A stretch of DNA of 64,000 bases from an uncultured Candidatus Kuenenia sp. (GTDB taxonomy: Bacteria > Planctomycetota > Planctomycetia > Pirellulales > UBA1268), in contig CAZJHQ010000001.1 in assembly GCA_964545915.1 (NCBI GenBank), positions 248,341 to 312,340 on the forward strand. The letters run 5' to 3'. The translations under genes were made by a program, and so were the position numbers. The notes below the pieces were generated by a model that made no database searches, had not been told where the DNA came from, and saw only the letters and a program-made list of their open reading frames with translations. This document shows positions 23,566-32,100 of this stretch, in pieces. Positions within the stretch are counted from its first letter, which is position 1. Each line of letters starts with the position of its first letter.

Positions 23566-26500
23566 CTACCCAACTGCAACCCGAGCAAGTCGCGTTGGCA
23601 TGGGCGTCCGCAGGCGCCAGACAATGCTGAGAGGCCGACTGCCCTCGTGGGAGACATAATGGCCTGGACCGAGGAAGGCGTACGGGGAGGCAAGACCGCC
23701 GGTGAGTAGCTTCCGCTCTCGGACAAACAGTAACGGGGTGTAGCCGTGCTCGTGGTGACGGATGTATCGCTGGCCCGTGGGCGAGTCCGCCGAAGTCGTA
23801 CTCTGGGATTGCCAGTGAAAAAGTTCCTCGCTGATCGCGTAGTCCTCGTACATCGTGGTCGGTGAGTAGGCTTCCTCCGTTTTCTGCAGCGTGATGAAAA
23901 AGGCGTCGATTTTCCGGTCGGGTATGTGCAGCACGCCCTCGCGGAAGTCTGGGCGACGATCTAGGTTCCAGTGGCCGAGGCCGATCAGGGCTTCGTCTCG
24001 AGTGTATTCGGCATGGAGCGCGAGCGGGCCGGTGAGATCGGGGAGCAGCTCGGTCGGCCGGGTACGAGTGTGATGCAAGCGGTACTCAAGCACAGCTTTG
24101 ACGTCGGCGAGAGCGCTTGGATTCGCGCGAAGTCGCTCATCTGCTTCGTCGATTGACATGGAGATGCCGTCGACCCCCCAGAGGGTGACGTGCAGCATCG
24201 CCCGGCGTCGTTCGGCGAGACGATCCGACGGCGTCTGCCCATCAAGGTGGGCGAGCAGGAACCGAATTTGCTGTGGGTCATCGATGTGAATCAGGCGGTG
24301 GATGCCCTTGGCAAGGCGGACTTCGTCGGCGGCGACGGGTGCATCGGCGAGCCCCGCGTCGTTGAGTAGCTGGCTCCATAGACCCCGCTTGAGCACCTCA
24401 CTGAGAGTGGTGTCAAGGTATTCCAGCGTCTCGCGGATCGTCGGGGCGCGGCCGAGATGGCGGCCAAGCTCCCGGATATCACCGACCATCTGCGGTCGCC
24501 GCAGGGTAAGTGACTGACGCACATTCTCCAGCACTCGTTGCTGCGCCACCCTCTCCAGCCGGATAAAGCAGCCAGCGGGCAGATGAGGGAATCCGGACTC
24601 GATCTCGCTTTCAAGTCGGCCGGTCGGATCGGTACTGAGCGCGCGAAACCGAGAGGCAAAGCGGAACTGCCGGTGCTGTGCGCCGATGAAGTCGAGGACA
24701 GTCAGGCAGTCTTTATCGTCATGCAAGCGGAGCCCGCGGCCGAGTTGCTGCAGGTAGACGGTAAGGCTCTCAGTCGGCCGTAGGAAGAGAACCGTATCGA
24801 CCTCAGGGATGTCGACGCCCTCGTTGTAGAGGTCGACGACAAAAATAAAGTTAATCTCGCGGCGGACGAGCCGTTCCTTAGCAGCGAGTCTTTCGTCAGT
24901 CAGCGTATCAGCCGAAAGAGCGATCGCAGGGATGTTGTGCTCGGAAAAGAAGTGCGCCATGAAGTTGGCGTGAGCGACGCTGACACAGAACCCCAGCCCT
25001 CGGGATTGACGCGGATCGAGCAGAATCTCGCGTACCTTGTCGAACACGAGCCCAGCGCGTACGTCGTTGCCTGTGTACACCGCGTCGAGGTCTTCGATAC
25101 GGTACCCGCCGCGCTGCCATGTCATGGCGTCAAGATCGACGCTGTCGGCGATTCCGAAGTACTGGAAGGGGCAGAGTAGACGTCGGCTGATTGCGTCGGG
25201 TAGTCGGACCTCAGCGGTCGGTTCCCCGCCAAATGGCGTCAGTACATCAAGACCATCGGCCCGCTCCGGCGTAGCAGTCAGCCCAAGCAAGACCTTGGGC
25301 CTGGTGGTATCGAGCAGTCGCCGGTAGCTCGGTGCTGCGGCGTGATGAAACTCGTCGACCACGATGTAGTCAAACCGGTCTGCAGGCAGATTGTGCAGAT
25401 CGCGACTGTTGTAGCTATGTATCGAGCAGAACAAGTAGTCGTACTGCTCGGGTGTTTTGCCTCCGACGAGGATGTCACCAAAGTTCTGATCGCGGAGGAC
25501 CGCCCGATATGTACCGAGGGCCTGACGGAGAATCTCCTCGCGATGCGCGATAAAGAGCAGCGAGGGCTTTCGGGTGCCGGCCCATCGCTTGTAGTCAAAC
25601 GCAGCGATCATAGTTTTGCCGGTTCCGGTGGCAGCGACAACCAAATGGCGGTTCTTGCCCTGCACCTCGCGCTCGGCTGCCATCGCGTCGAGAATCTCTT
25701 CCTGAAATGGGTAAGGCCGCAGGTCGAACGTGGGCAGTTCGCTGTTCTCGACTGTTCCCCGCGTGCGCTCACGGCTAATCGCTTCTCGAAGCCTTGGCAG
25801 TGCGTTACCGTCGAAGGCCTCGAACTCGTCGTCGTTCCAATACGTTTCGAAGGTTGCGACGATCTTTTGCCAGAGGTGCGGGAGCTCGTACTGGCTGATC
25901 TTGCTCGTCCATTCGAGCCCTTCGGAGAGCGCTGCTCGGGAGACATTTGCAGAGCCGATGTAGGCGCTGCCAAAGCCAGTCGTACGGTGGACTAAATAAG
26001 CCTTGGCGTGCAGTCGGGTGCGCTCTGTGTCGTAGGACACTTTGACTTGGGTGTTGGGCAGATCGCGCAACGCTTCGATCGCGTTCGCATCGGTGGCGCC
26101 CATGTAGCTCGTCGAGATGACTCGAAGCCGCGGTCCGTCCGGATGTGGCGTTGCGGTAAGTACGCGGAGTGCGTCCATCAGTAGGCGAATGCCGCTCCAT
26201 TTGATGAACGAGCAGAGGATGTCGACACGATCAGCGGCAGCGAACTCCTTAGAGAGCTGCGACGCGAGTGAGGGGTCGAGGCGGGCACCGGTGAGCAAGG
26301 CTGAGCGAGCGAGCGGGGTGTCGGGGCGGAGCGTAGCCGTTTCCCTTGGGTCGGCGTGCACGGCGAGCAACCGACGAAGCGGGCTGGCCAGATTGAATCG
26401 ATCGGCCCACTCGTCGCCGAGCTCGGCGACGAGGGCGGCGATCACGCGGTCAACGAGCCGGCGTTGCCGCTCGGCCGCCTCGCGCCCGCGAAGAGTAGAG

Positions 26501-26694
26501 AGGGACTCGGCGAGGATACGCTCAAGGTACTGGGCGATTGCGGTGTGGCCGTCCTCGGCATCGACATCGGCCAACTCGACAAGCCGCGCGTCACCAATGC
26601 CCTCGACTTTTGTTTTTAGGGCGACGTCGACTAGGTGGTCATAAAGACCGTGTGGTACTTTCGGTCGCGGTTCCCTTTGGCTGGGCATCGTCAT
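23566..26694 (-). CDS. PLD-nuclease / SF2 (ResIII-type) helicase / DUF3427 fusion protein (restriction-like defence enzyme)
   Basis: HKD motif RLHAKAYLV...GSANVSRAAL. Helicase motif I AATGTGKT, motif II VVDEFHH and motif VI QQLGRGLR. C-terminal ...FFITLQKTEEAYSPTTMYEDYAISEELFHWQSQS...LLFVRERK...YAFLGPGHYVSHEGSRPLSIVWRL is the DUF3427 signature. The ATG at 26694 overlaps the stop of the upstream gene (ATGA). GC is visibly lower than the neighbours. Confidence 0.85.
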   Translation of the reverse strand: MTMPSQREPRPKVPHGLYDHLVDVALKTKVEGIGDARLVELADVDAEDGHTAIAQYLERILAESLSTLRGREAAERQRRLVDRVIAALVAELGDEWADRFNLASPLRRLLAVHADPRETATLRPDTPLARSALLTGARLDPSLASQLSKEFAAADRVDILCSFIKWSGIRLLMDALRVLTATPHPDGPRLRVISTSYMGATDANAIEALRDLPNTQVKVSYDTERTRLHAKAYLVHRTTGFGSAYIGSANVSRAALSEGLEWTSKISQYELPHLWQKIVATFETYWNDDEFEAFDGNALPRLREAISRERTRGTVENSELPTFDLRPYPFQEEILDAMAAEREVQGKNRHLVVAATGTGKTMIAAFDYKRWAGTRKPSLLFIAHREEILRQALGTYRAVLRDQNFGDILVGGKTPEQYDYLFCSIHSYNSRDLHNLPADRFDYIVVDEFHHAAAPSYRRLLDTTRPKVLLGLTATPERADGLDVLTPFGGEPTAEVRLPDAISRRLLCPFQYFGIADSVDLDAMTWQRGGYRIEDLDAVYTGNDVRAGLVFDKVREILLDPRQSRGLGFCVSVAHANFMAHFFSEHNIPAIALSADTLTDERLAAKERLVRREINFIFVVDLYNEGVDIPEVDTVLFLRPTESLTVYLQQLGRGLRLHDDKDCLTVLDFIGAQHRQFRFASRFRALSTDPTGRLESEIESGFPHLPAGCFIRLERVAQQRVLENVRQSLTLRRPQMVGDIRELGRHLGRAPTIRETLEYLDTTLSEVLKRGLWSQLLNDAGLADAPVAADEVRLAKGIHRLIHIDDPQQIRFLLAHLDGQTPSDRLAERRRAMLHVTLWGVDGISMSIDEADERLRANPSALADVKAVLEYRLHHTRTRPTELLPDLTGPLALHAEYTRDEALIGLGHWNLDRRPDFREGVLHIPDRKIDAFFITLQKTEEAYSPTTMYEDYAISEELFHWQSQSTTSADSPTGQRYIRHHEHGYTPLLFVRERKLLTGGLASPYAFLGPGHYVSHEGSRPLSIVWRLRTPMPTRLARVAVG

Positions 26695-28313
26695 TGTTCT
26701 CCTGGTCCACGGTTGGTAGACGGCAGCAAACTGACGCGGCAAACGTACTCCCCGACGATGAGAAGGTCCCCCGCCTCGCCCGGCTCAATCTCGATCGGTT
26801 CAAACGCCGGATTCACCGGCAGCAGCTGAATGCGGTCGTGCCGCCAACCGTCGGCGGTGACGGTCTTCTCCGAGTGGTACTTCTTGACGGTGAACCGGCC
26901 GCCGTTCTCGCCCGCGCCGTCCGTGCCCAGCTGCACGAGCACGATCCGGCCCTCGCGCGAGCCCGCCGGACACGGGCGGAACAGGCACCATGAGCCGTCC
27001 GGGATCAGCGGCTCCATCGACGTGCCCGTCACCCGCGCCACGAACATGCCGGGCTTGAGCGAAACGCCCGGCACCTCCGTCCAGCCGATCTCCTCCGGCA
27101 CGCTCTCCGGTCCCCAAAAGCCCGCCGCGGCGGTGAGGTCGTAGACCGGGACGCGGGTGGTGTAACGGGCGGTGGGGGGCGGGGACGTGAGGAGGTCGAA
27201 TGGCGGGGCGGAGCCTGAAGAGCGCTGATGATTGGGCGGTAATTCAGACCCGGAGTCCCCGGGTTGCCACCCGGGGCTTTTAGTGGGAGCCAGGGTCCAT
27301 GATCCATCTATAGCCGCGAACTCGAATTCGAAGTTGGTGCCCGGGAGACCCGCGTCGGGGCCGAACCAGTCGCGGAGCAGCGCGGGCAGAGCGTTGTTGC
27401 CAGGGGCACTCGCGGCGTCAGCCGGATGGGCGACATTGCACGCCACCTTCACGAACCGGAAGACCCACTCCCGGCCGTCGGGCAGGCGGACGCGCGTGGG
27501 GCCCGTGGAGCGGGACGGGACCGATTCGATGGTGGGGAGGAAAAGAATGGGTTTGCGATTGGTGTGGGAGAGTTTGGCGCGGAAGGTGATTGTGGGGCGT
27601 ATTCCCTCGCTTGCGCTACGGGCTTCCAAGGCAGCGGGCGCGCGGAGGCGTGACTGGGAGTAGTGCGCGAGACGGAGATCGACGAGTTCGCCCGTGAGCG
27701 ATTCGAAGGCCGCGCGGAACTCGGGCGGGCACGTGAAATCCGCCACGAATCTGTCGCCCCGGCGGGTGAACCACCGCTTGCCGGCCTGGTCGTCCATCCA
27801 CCGCGAGAGCGGCCATTTGAGCCAGTAGGCGGTGAAGGCCTCGGCTGACATGGACGAACTGGGCGGCGGTTCAGACCCGGAGTCCCCGGGCTCCCGCCCG
27901 GGGCTTTTTGGGGAGGTGAGGTCGGCGCGGAGGGCGGGGTGGGATTCCAGGAACTGGCGGCAGGCGGTGGCCAACGCGCTGATCTCCATGCCGCCCCAGA
28001 GCGCATCGTGGTCGAGCAGCACCCGGAGCACGACCATCTTGTAGGACTTCGTCAGGCTCGTCGTCTCGAGCATCCCGAGCCACGCCCCGAACCGCTCGAC
28101 GACACCCTCCTCGCTCGCATCGAGATCCCCCTCGGCCCGGCAAAACCCGAACCAACTGCCGTGCGCCGCTCGCAACGTGTGAGGCAGATAGTGAGCATGC
28201 ACGCAGCCCTCCGGAAGCGCCGGCTCCCGGCCGTCGAGATACCGCTTCAAGAGGGCAAACCCCGTGGCGTCGGCGGCAGTGGCCGCGGGGGCGAGCGAGA
28301 CAAGGCAGACCAT
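26691..28313 (-). CDS. 5'-truncated paralogue (A') of the HIT-PLD-helicase gene: helical region, beta-rich putative DNA-binding segment and S24 LexA-like peptidase
   Basis: 540 aa colinear with the C-terminal half of 29113..32955 (offset 2392 nt). It has one in-frame ~129-nt deletion and a divergent last ~45 codons. It retains AAAGFW, GTSMEP and FTVKKY. The start codon is created at the junction with a J-type motif. Confidence 0.65.
   Translation of the reverse strand: MVCLVSLAPAATAADATGFALLKRYLDGREPALPEGCVHAHYLPHTLRAAHGSWFGFCRAEGDLDASEEGVVERFGAWLGMLETTSLTKSYKMVVLRVLLDHDALWGGMEISALATACRQFLESHPALRADLTSPKSPGREPGDSGSEPPPSSSMSAEAFTAYWLKWPLSRWMDDQAGKRWFTRRGDRFVADFTCPPEFRAAFESLTGELVDLRLAHYSQSRLRAPAALEARSASEGIRPTITFRAKLSHTNRKPILFLPTIESVPSRSTGPTRVRLPDGREWVFRFVKVACNVAHPADAASAPGNNALPALLRDWFGPDAGLPGTNFEFEFAAIDGSWTLAPTKSPGWQPGDSGSELPPNHQRSSGSAPPFDLLTSPPPTARYTTRVPVYDLTAAAGFWGPESVPEEIGWTEVPGVSLKPGMFVARVTGTSMEPLIPDGSWCLFRPCPAGSREGRIVLVQLGTDGAGENGGRFTVKKYHSEKTVTADGWRHDRIQLLPVNPAFEPIEIEPGEAGDLLIVGEYVCRVSLLPSTNRGPGEQ
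27209..27288. repeat. Hairpin repeat inserted in frame (core cagacccggagtCCCCGGGttgccaCCCGGGGctttt)
   Basis: Same core at 27857, 29601 and 30249, and a related one at 37040-37155. Translated on the minus strand as KSPGWQPGDSGSELPPNHQRSSGS. Confidence 0.6.
27857..27912. repeat. Hairpin repeat inserted in frame (core CCCCGGGctcccgCCCGGGG)
   Basis: Translated as KSPGREPGDSGSEPPP; same family as 27209. Confidence 0.6.
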
Positions 28314-28318
28314 CCCTA

Positions 28319-28362
28319 GGAGTGTACGGGGCGGAGGGACAACGTTGGTCCGAGCCAGAAAC
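28319..28362 (-). promoter_or_regulatory. Short J-type motif upstream of A' (AGTGTACG...GGGACAACGTTGGTCC)
   Basis: ggagtgtacggggcggagggacaacgttggtcc is colinear with 32962-32995 and 37222-37258. Confidence 0.35.
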
Positions 28363-28377
28363 CCCGCTGGCCGGCCA

Positions 28378-28405
28378 TTGACAAGAAACTACACGGGCGT
28401 ACAGC
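28378..28405 (+). promoter_or_regulatory. Sigma-70-like promoter TTGACA-N16-TACAGC for the plus-strand NTase-like pair
   Basis: ttgacaagaaactacacgggcgtacagc lies 40 nt upstream of ATG 28445. Homologous module at 33021. Confidence 0.35.
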
Positions 28406-28444
28406 ATCAAGCAATCAGCCCAGCCCCAGACGTTTCGGTGTCCA

Positions 28445-28870
28445 GTGATTCCCCCCTTCGTGCCAGACGGTCGGCTCCCGGAAGGCCTCCATGTCGCCTC
28501 TGAGGGCGAAATGCTCAGCCGGTTTGCCACAGGCTCGCCCCAGCGAAGTCTCTTGGGCCGAACGATAAGCCACTGGATTCGGCTTTGCCGATCGGCAGGA
28601 GCGACGCGACTGTGCGTCGATGGCAGTTTCGTGACCGCGAAGGAGGTACCGAACGATGCCGACGTGGTCGTTTTGCTCGGGCCGGATTTCGCCACTCGGA
28701 TCGCGCGCGGCAATGTCGACGCAATTCTCCTGGCCGAAATCCTCGATTCACGACCGAATGAGCACTTGTTCGCTGCGGAAGATCGCCGGGACTGGGACGA
28801 CTGGATAGACTTTTTTAGTCGGACGATCGATCCGACGGTCCGCAAAGGACTCGTGGAGGTGACGCTGTGA
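28445..28870 (+). CDS. Nucleotidyltransferase-fold protein (DUF6932-like), TA-like module component
   Basis: ...LPEGLHVASEGEMLSRF...RLCVDGSFVTAKEVPNDADVVVLL... matches the pattern I associate with DUF6932/MNT-like NTases. Confidence 0.5.
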   Translation: MIPPFVPDGRLPEGLHVASEGEMLSRFATGSPQRSLLGRTISHWIRLCRSAGATRLCVDGSFVTAKEVPNDADVVVLLGPDFATRIARGNVDAILLAEILDSRPNEHLFAAEDRRDWDDWIDFFSRTIDPTVRKGLVEVTL

Positions 28871-29073
28871 TTTCGAACGCCGCGGAATACGAGAAGGCCC
28901 ATGGTGACCTACGAATCCTCGAGCAGCGCATTGCGGACCTCGAGCGTGAGCATCCGATCGGTGAAAAGGGATTCACCAAGGCAGGTGTGCGGAAGATGAT
29001 CGCCAAGATCAACGAAGAACTCGCCGCATTCGAAGGCCGCGAGGAAGCGAGGCTTGCCGCGTCCAGAATCTGA
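28867..29073 (+). CDS. Small helical protein coupled to the NTase-like gene
   Basis: GTGA start/stop overlap with 28445..28870. 68 aa, coiled-coil-like (...HGDLRILEQRIADLEREHP...). Confidence 0.45.
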   Translation: MISNAAEYEKAHGDLRILEQRIADLEREHPIGEKGFTKAGVRKMIAKINEELAAFEGREEARLAASRI

Positions 29074-29112
29074 GCACAGCAACCGTGCGCCCGGCACGAT
29101 TCGACGAGGCCG

Positions 29113-32100
29113 TCATACTTGCGGTGCGATCGTCATAAATTCACCAACAATCACGATATCTGCGGCCTGCTCCGGCTCGATCTCGATCGGCTCAAATGCC
29201 GGATTCACCGGTAGCAGCTGAAGCGAAGTGTGCCGCCAGCCGTCGGCGGTGACGGTCTTCTCCGAGTGGTACTTCTTGACGGTGAACCGGCCGCCGTTCT
29301 CGCCCGCGCCGTCCGTGCCCAGCTGCACGAGCACGATCCGGCCCTCGCGCGAGCCCGCCGGACACGGGCGGAACAGGCACCATGAGCCGTCCGGGATCAG
29401 CGGCTCCATCGACGTGCCCGTCACCCGCGCCACGAACATGCCGGGCTTGAGCGAAACGCCCGGCACCTCCGTCCAGCCGATCTCCTCCGGCACGCTCTCC
29501 GGTCCCCAAAAGCCCGCCGCGGCGGTGAGGTCGTAGACCGGGACGCGGGTGGTGTAACGGGCGGTGGGGGGCGGGGACGTGAGGAGGTCGAATGGCGGGG
29601 CGGAGCCTGAAGAGCGTTGATGATTGGGCGGTAATTCAGACCCGGAGTCCCCGGGTTTCCACCCGGGGCTTTTAGTGGGAGCCAAGGTCCATGATCCATC
29701 TATAGAGGTGAACTCGACTTCGAAGTTGGTGCCCGGGAGGCCCGCGTCAGGACCGAACCAGTCGCGGAGAAGCGCGGGGAGGGCATTGTTGCCACGGGCA
29801 CTCGGGGCGTCGGCGGGGTGGGCGACGTTGCACGCCACCTTCACGAACCGGAAGACCCACTCCCGCCCGTCGGGGAGGCGGACGCGCGTGGGGCCCGTGG
29901 GGCGGGACGGGACCGATTCCACGGTGGGGAGGAACAGGATCGGTTTACCGCCGGAGTGGGAGACCTTCGCGCGGAAGGTGGTATTGGGGCCGTTTCCCTC
30001 GCTTGCGCTACGGGCTTCCAAGGCAGCGGGCGCGCGGAGGCGTGACTGGGAGTAGTGCGCGAGACGGAGATCGACGAGTTCGCCCGTGAGCGATTCGAAG
30101 GCCGCGCGGAACTCGGGCGGGCACGTGAAATCCGCCACGAATCTGTCGCCCCGGCGGGTGAACCACCGCTTGCCGGCCTGGTCGTCCATCCACCGCGAGA
30201 GCGGCCATTTGAGCCAGTAGGCGGTGAAGGCCTCGGCTGACATGGACGAACTGGGCGGCGGTTCAGACCCGGAGTCCCCGGGCTCCCGCCCGGGGCTTTT
30301 TGGGGAGGTGAGGTCGGCGCGGAGGGCGGGGTGGGATTCCAGGAACTGGCGGCAGGCGGTGGCCAACGCGCTGATCTCCATGCCGCCCCAGAGCGCATCG
30401 TGGTCGAGCAGCACCCGGAGCACGACCATCTTGTAGGACTTCGTCAGGCTCGTCGTCTCGAGCATCCCGAGCCACGCCCCGAACCGCTCGACGACACCCT
30501 CCTCGCTCGCATCGAGATCCCCCTCGGCCCGGCAAAACCCGAACCAACTGCCGTGCGCCGCTCGCAACGTGTGAGGCAGATAGTGAGCATGCAAAAGCTC
30601 CGTCGGCGTCGGCCGCCGCCCGAGCTCCGCCCGCATGCTGCGATACGCCTCCTCCACCGCGGCCCGGCCCGCCGGCAAAAACTGCGCGAGCAGCTCCTTT
30701 GCCTCGAGCTCCACGTCGAGCACGCAGCCCTCCGGAAGCGCCGGCTCCCGGCCGTCGAGATACCGCTTCAAGAGGGCAAACCCCGTGGCGTCGGCGGCGG
30801 TGGTCGCGGGGGCGAGCGAGAGCAGATGCACGAGCCGGCTCGCGAACACGCGGTGATTGCCCACGAAGTCGATCACCTCCAACCGCAGCTTGCCCTCCGC
30901 CGCCCGCAGGCCGCGGCCAAGCTGCTGCAAGAACACGATTTTTGATTCGGTGGGCCGGAGCATCACCACGCGGTCGACCAGCGGGATGTCGACGCCCTCG
31001 TTGAAGAGGTCGACCACGCAGAGGGCCAAGAGGGTGCCCGCGTGGAAGGCGGCGAGGGAGGCCATGCGCGGGTCGGAGACGGGGCCGCCCGGGCCGGCCG
31101 CATCCGAAAACACGGCCGCCGCGGCCACGCCCCGCTTCCGGAGCCAATCCCGGGCAAACACGGCATGCCGCCGCGAACAGCAGAAGACGAGCGTGCGACC
31201 GGCCGGGGCGGCCTGCCACTCGGCCCAGAGTCGTTCCATGCGGGGAGCGTTTTCCAGGGCCGCTTCGAGCACGGCCGGATCGAAGCGGCCGTTGCGCCAG
31301 GGGATCTGCTCGAAGTCGACGTCGTCCTTGAGCCCCCGATACCGAAACGGCACGAGCGACCCCTCCGCGATCCCGTCGCCGATCGTGGCCTGGGCCGCGA
31401 GGATGTCGTCGAAGAGCGTGGCCACGTCGACGCCGTCTGTCCGCTCGGGCGTGGCCGTGAGGCCAAGCGTGAACGACGGGGTAGTCCGCGACAGCTCCGA
31501 CAGCCGCGCGAGCACGCGGCGGTAGCTCGGCGCCTCGGCATGGTGCACCTCGTCGATCACGCAGTAATCAAACGGGGCCGCCGCCGCGAGGGCCGCGAGA
31601 CCGTCGGGCCGGGAGAGTTTTTGGATCGATGCGATGACGAGCTGGCCGGCGAGGTCGCACGACGACCCGGCGACGTAGGACACGCTCGCGGGCGCGATCG
31701 CCTGCCGGAGCGTGGCCTCGGCCTGCGCGAGGATTTCTGCTCTGTGGGCGATCACGAGCACCCGCGGCGGCCGGCCGAGCTCGCGGCCCACGGCGAGCAC
31801 ATCGAACGCCGCGAGCCAGGTTTTGCCAAGGCCCGTGGCCACGGCGACGAGGGCTTTTGAGTAGCCATCGGCCCGGATCGCGGCCAGGGAGGCGAGGGCT
31901 TCCTGCTGCCAGGGGCGGGGGGTGAACGTGGCGGGCGGGACCGCGCGGGCCGCAGCGGGCGCGGGCTCGCCGTCCCACACGCGACGCACCTCGGCCGCCT
32001 CCGCGGCCCGGGCCGCATACCGCTCGACCACCTCGGGCGAGAGCGGCGTGGCCTGCTGCCAGAGGTCGTCGAACGCGGCGGCGAGTTCGCGGTCGAGGGC

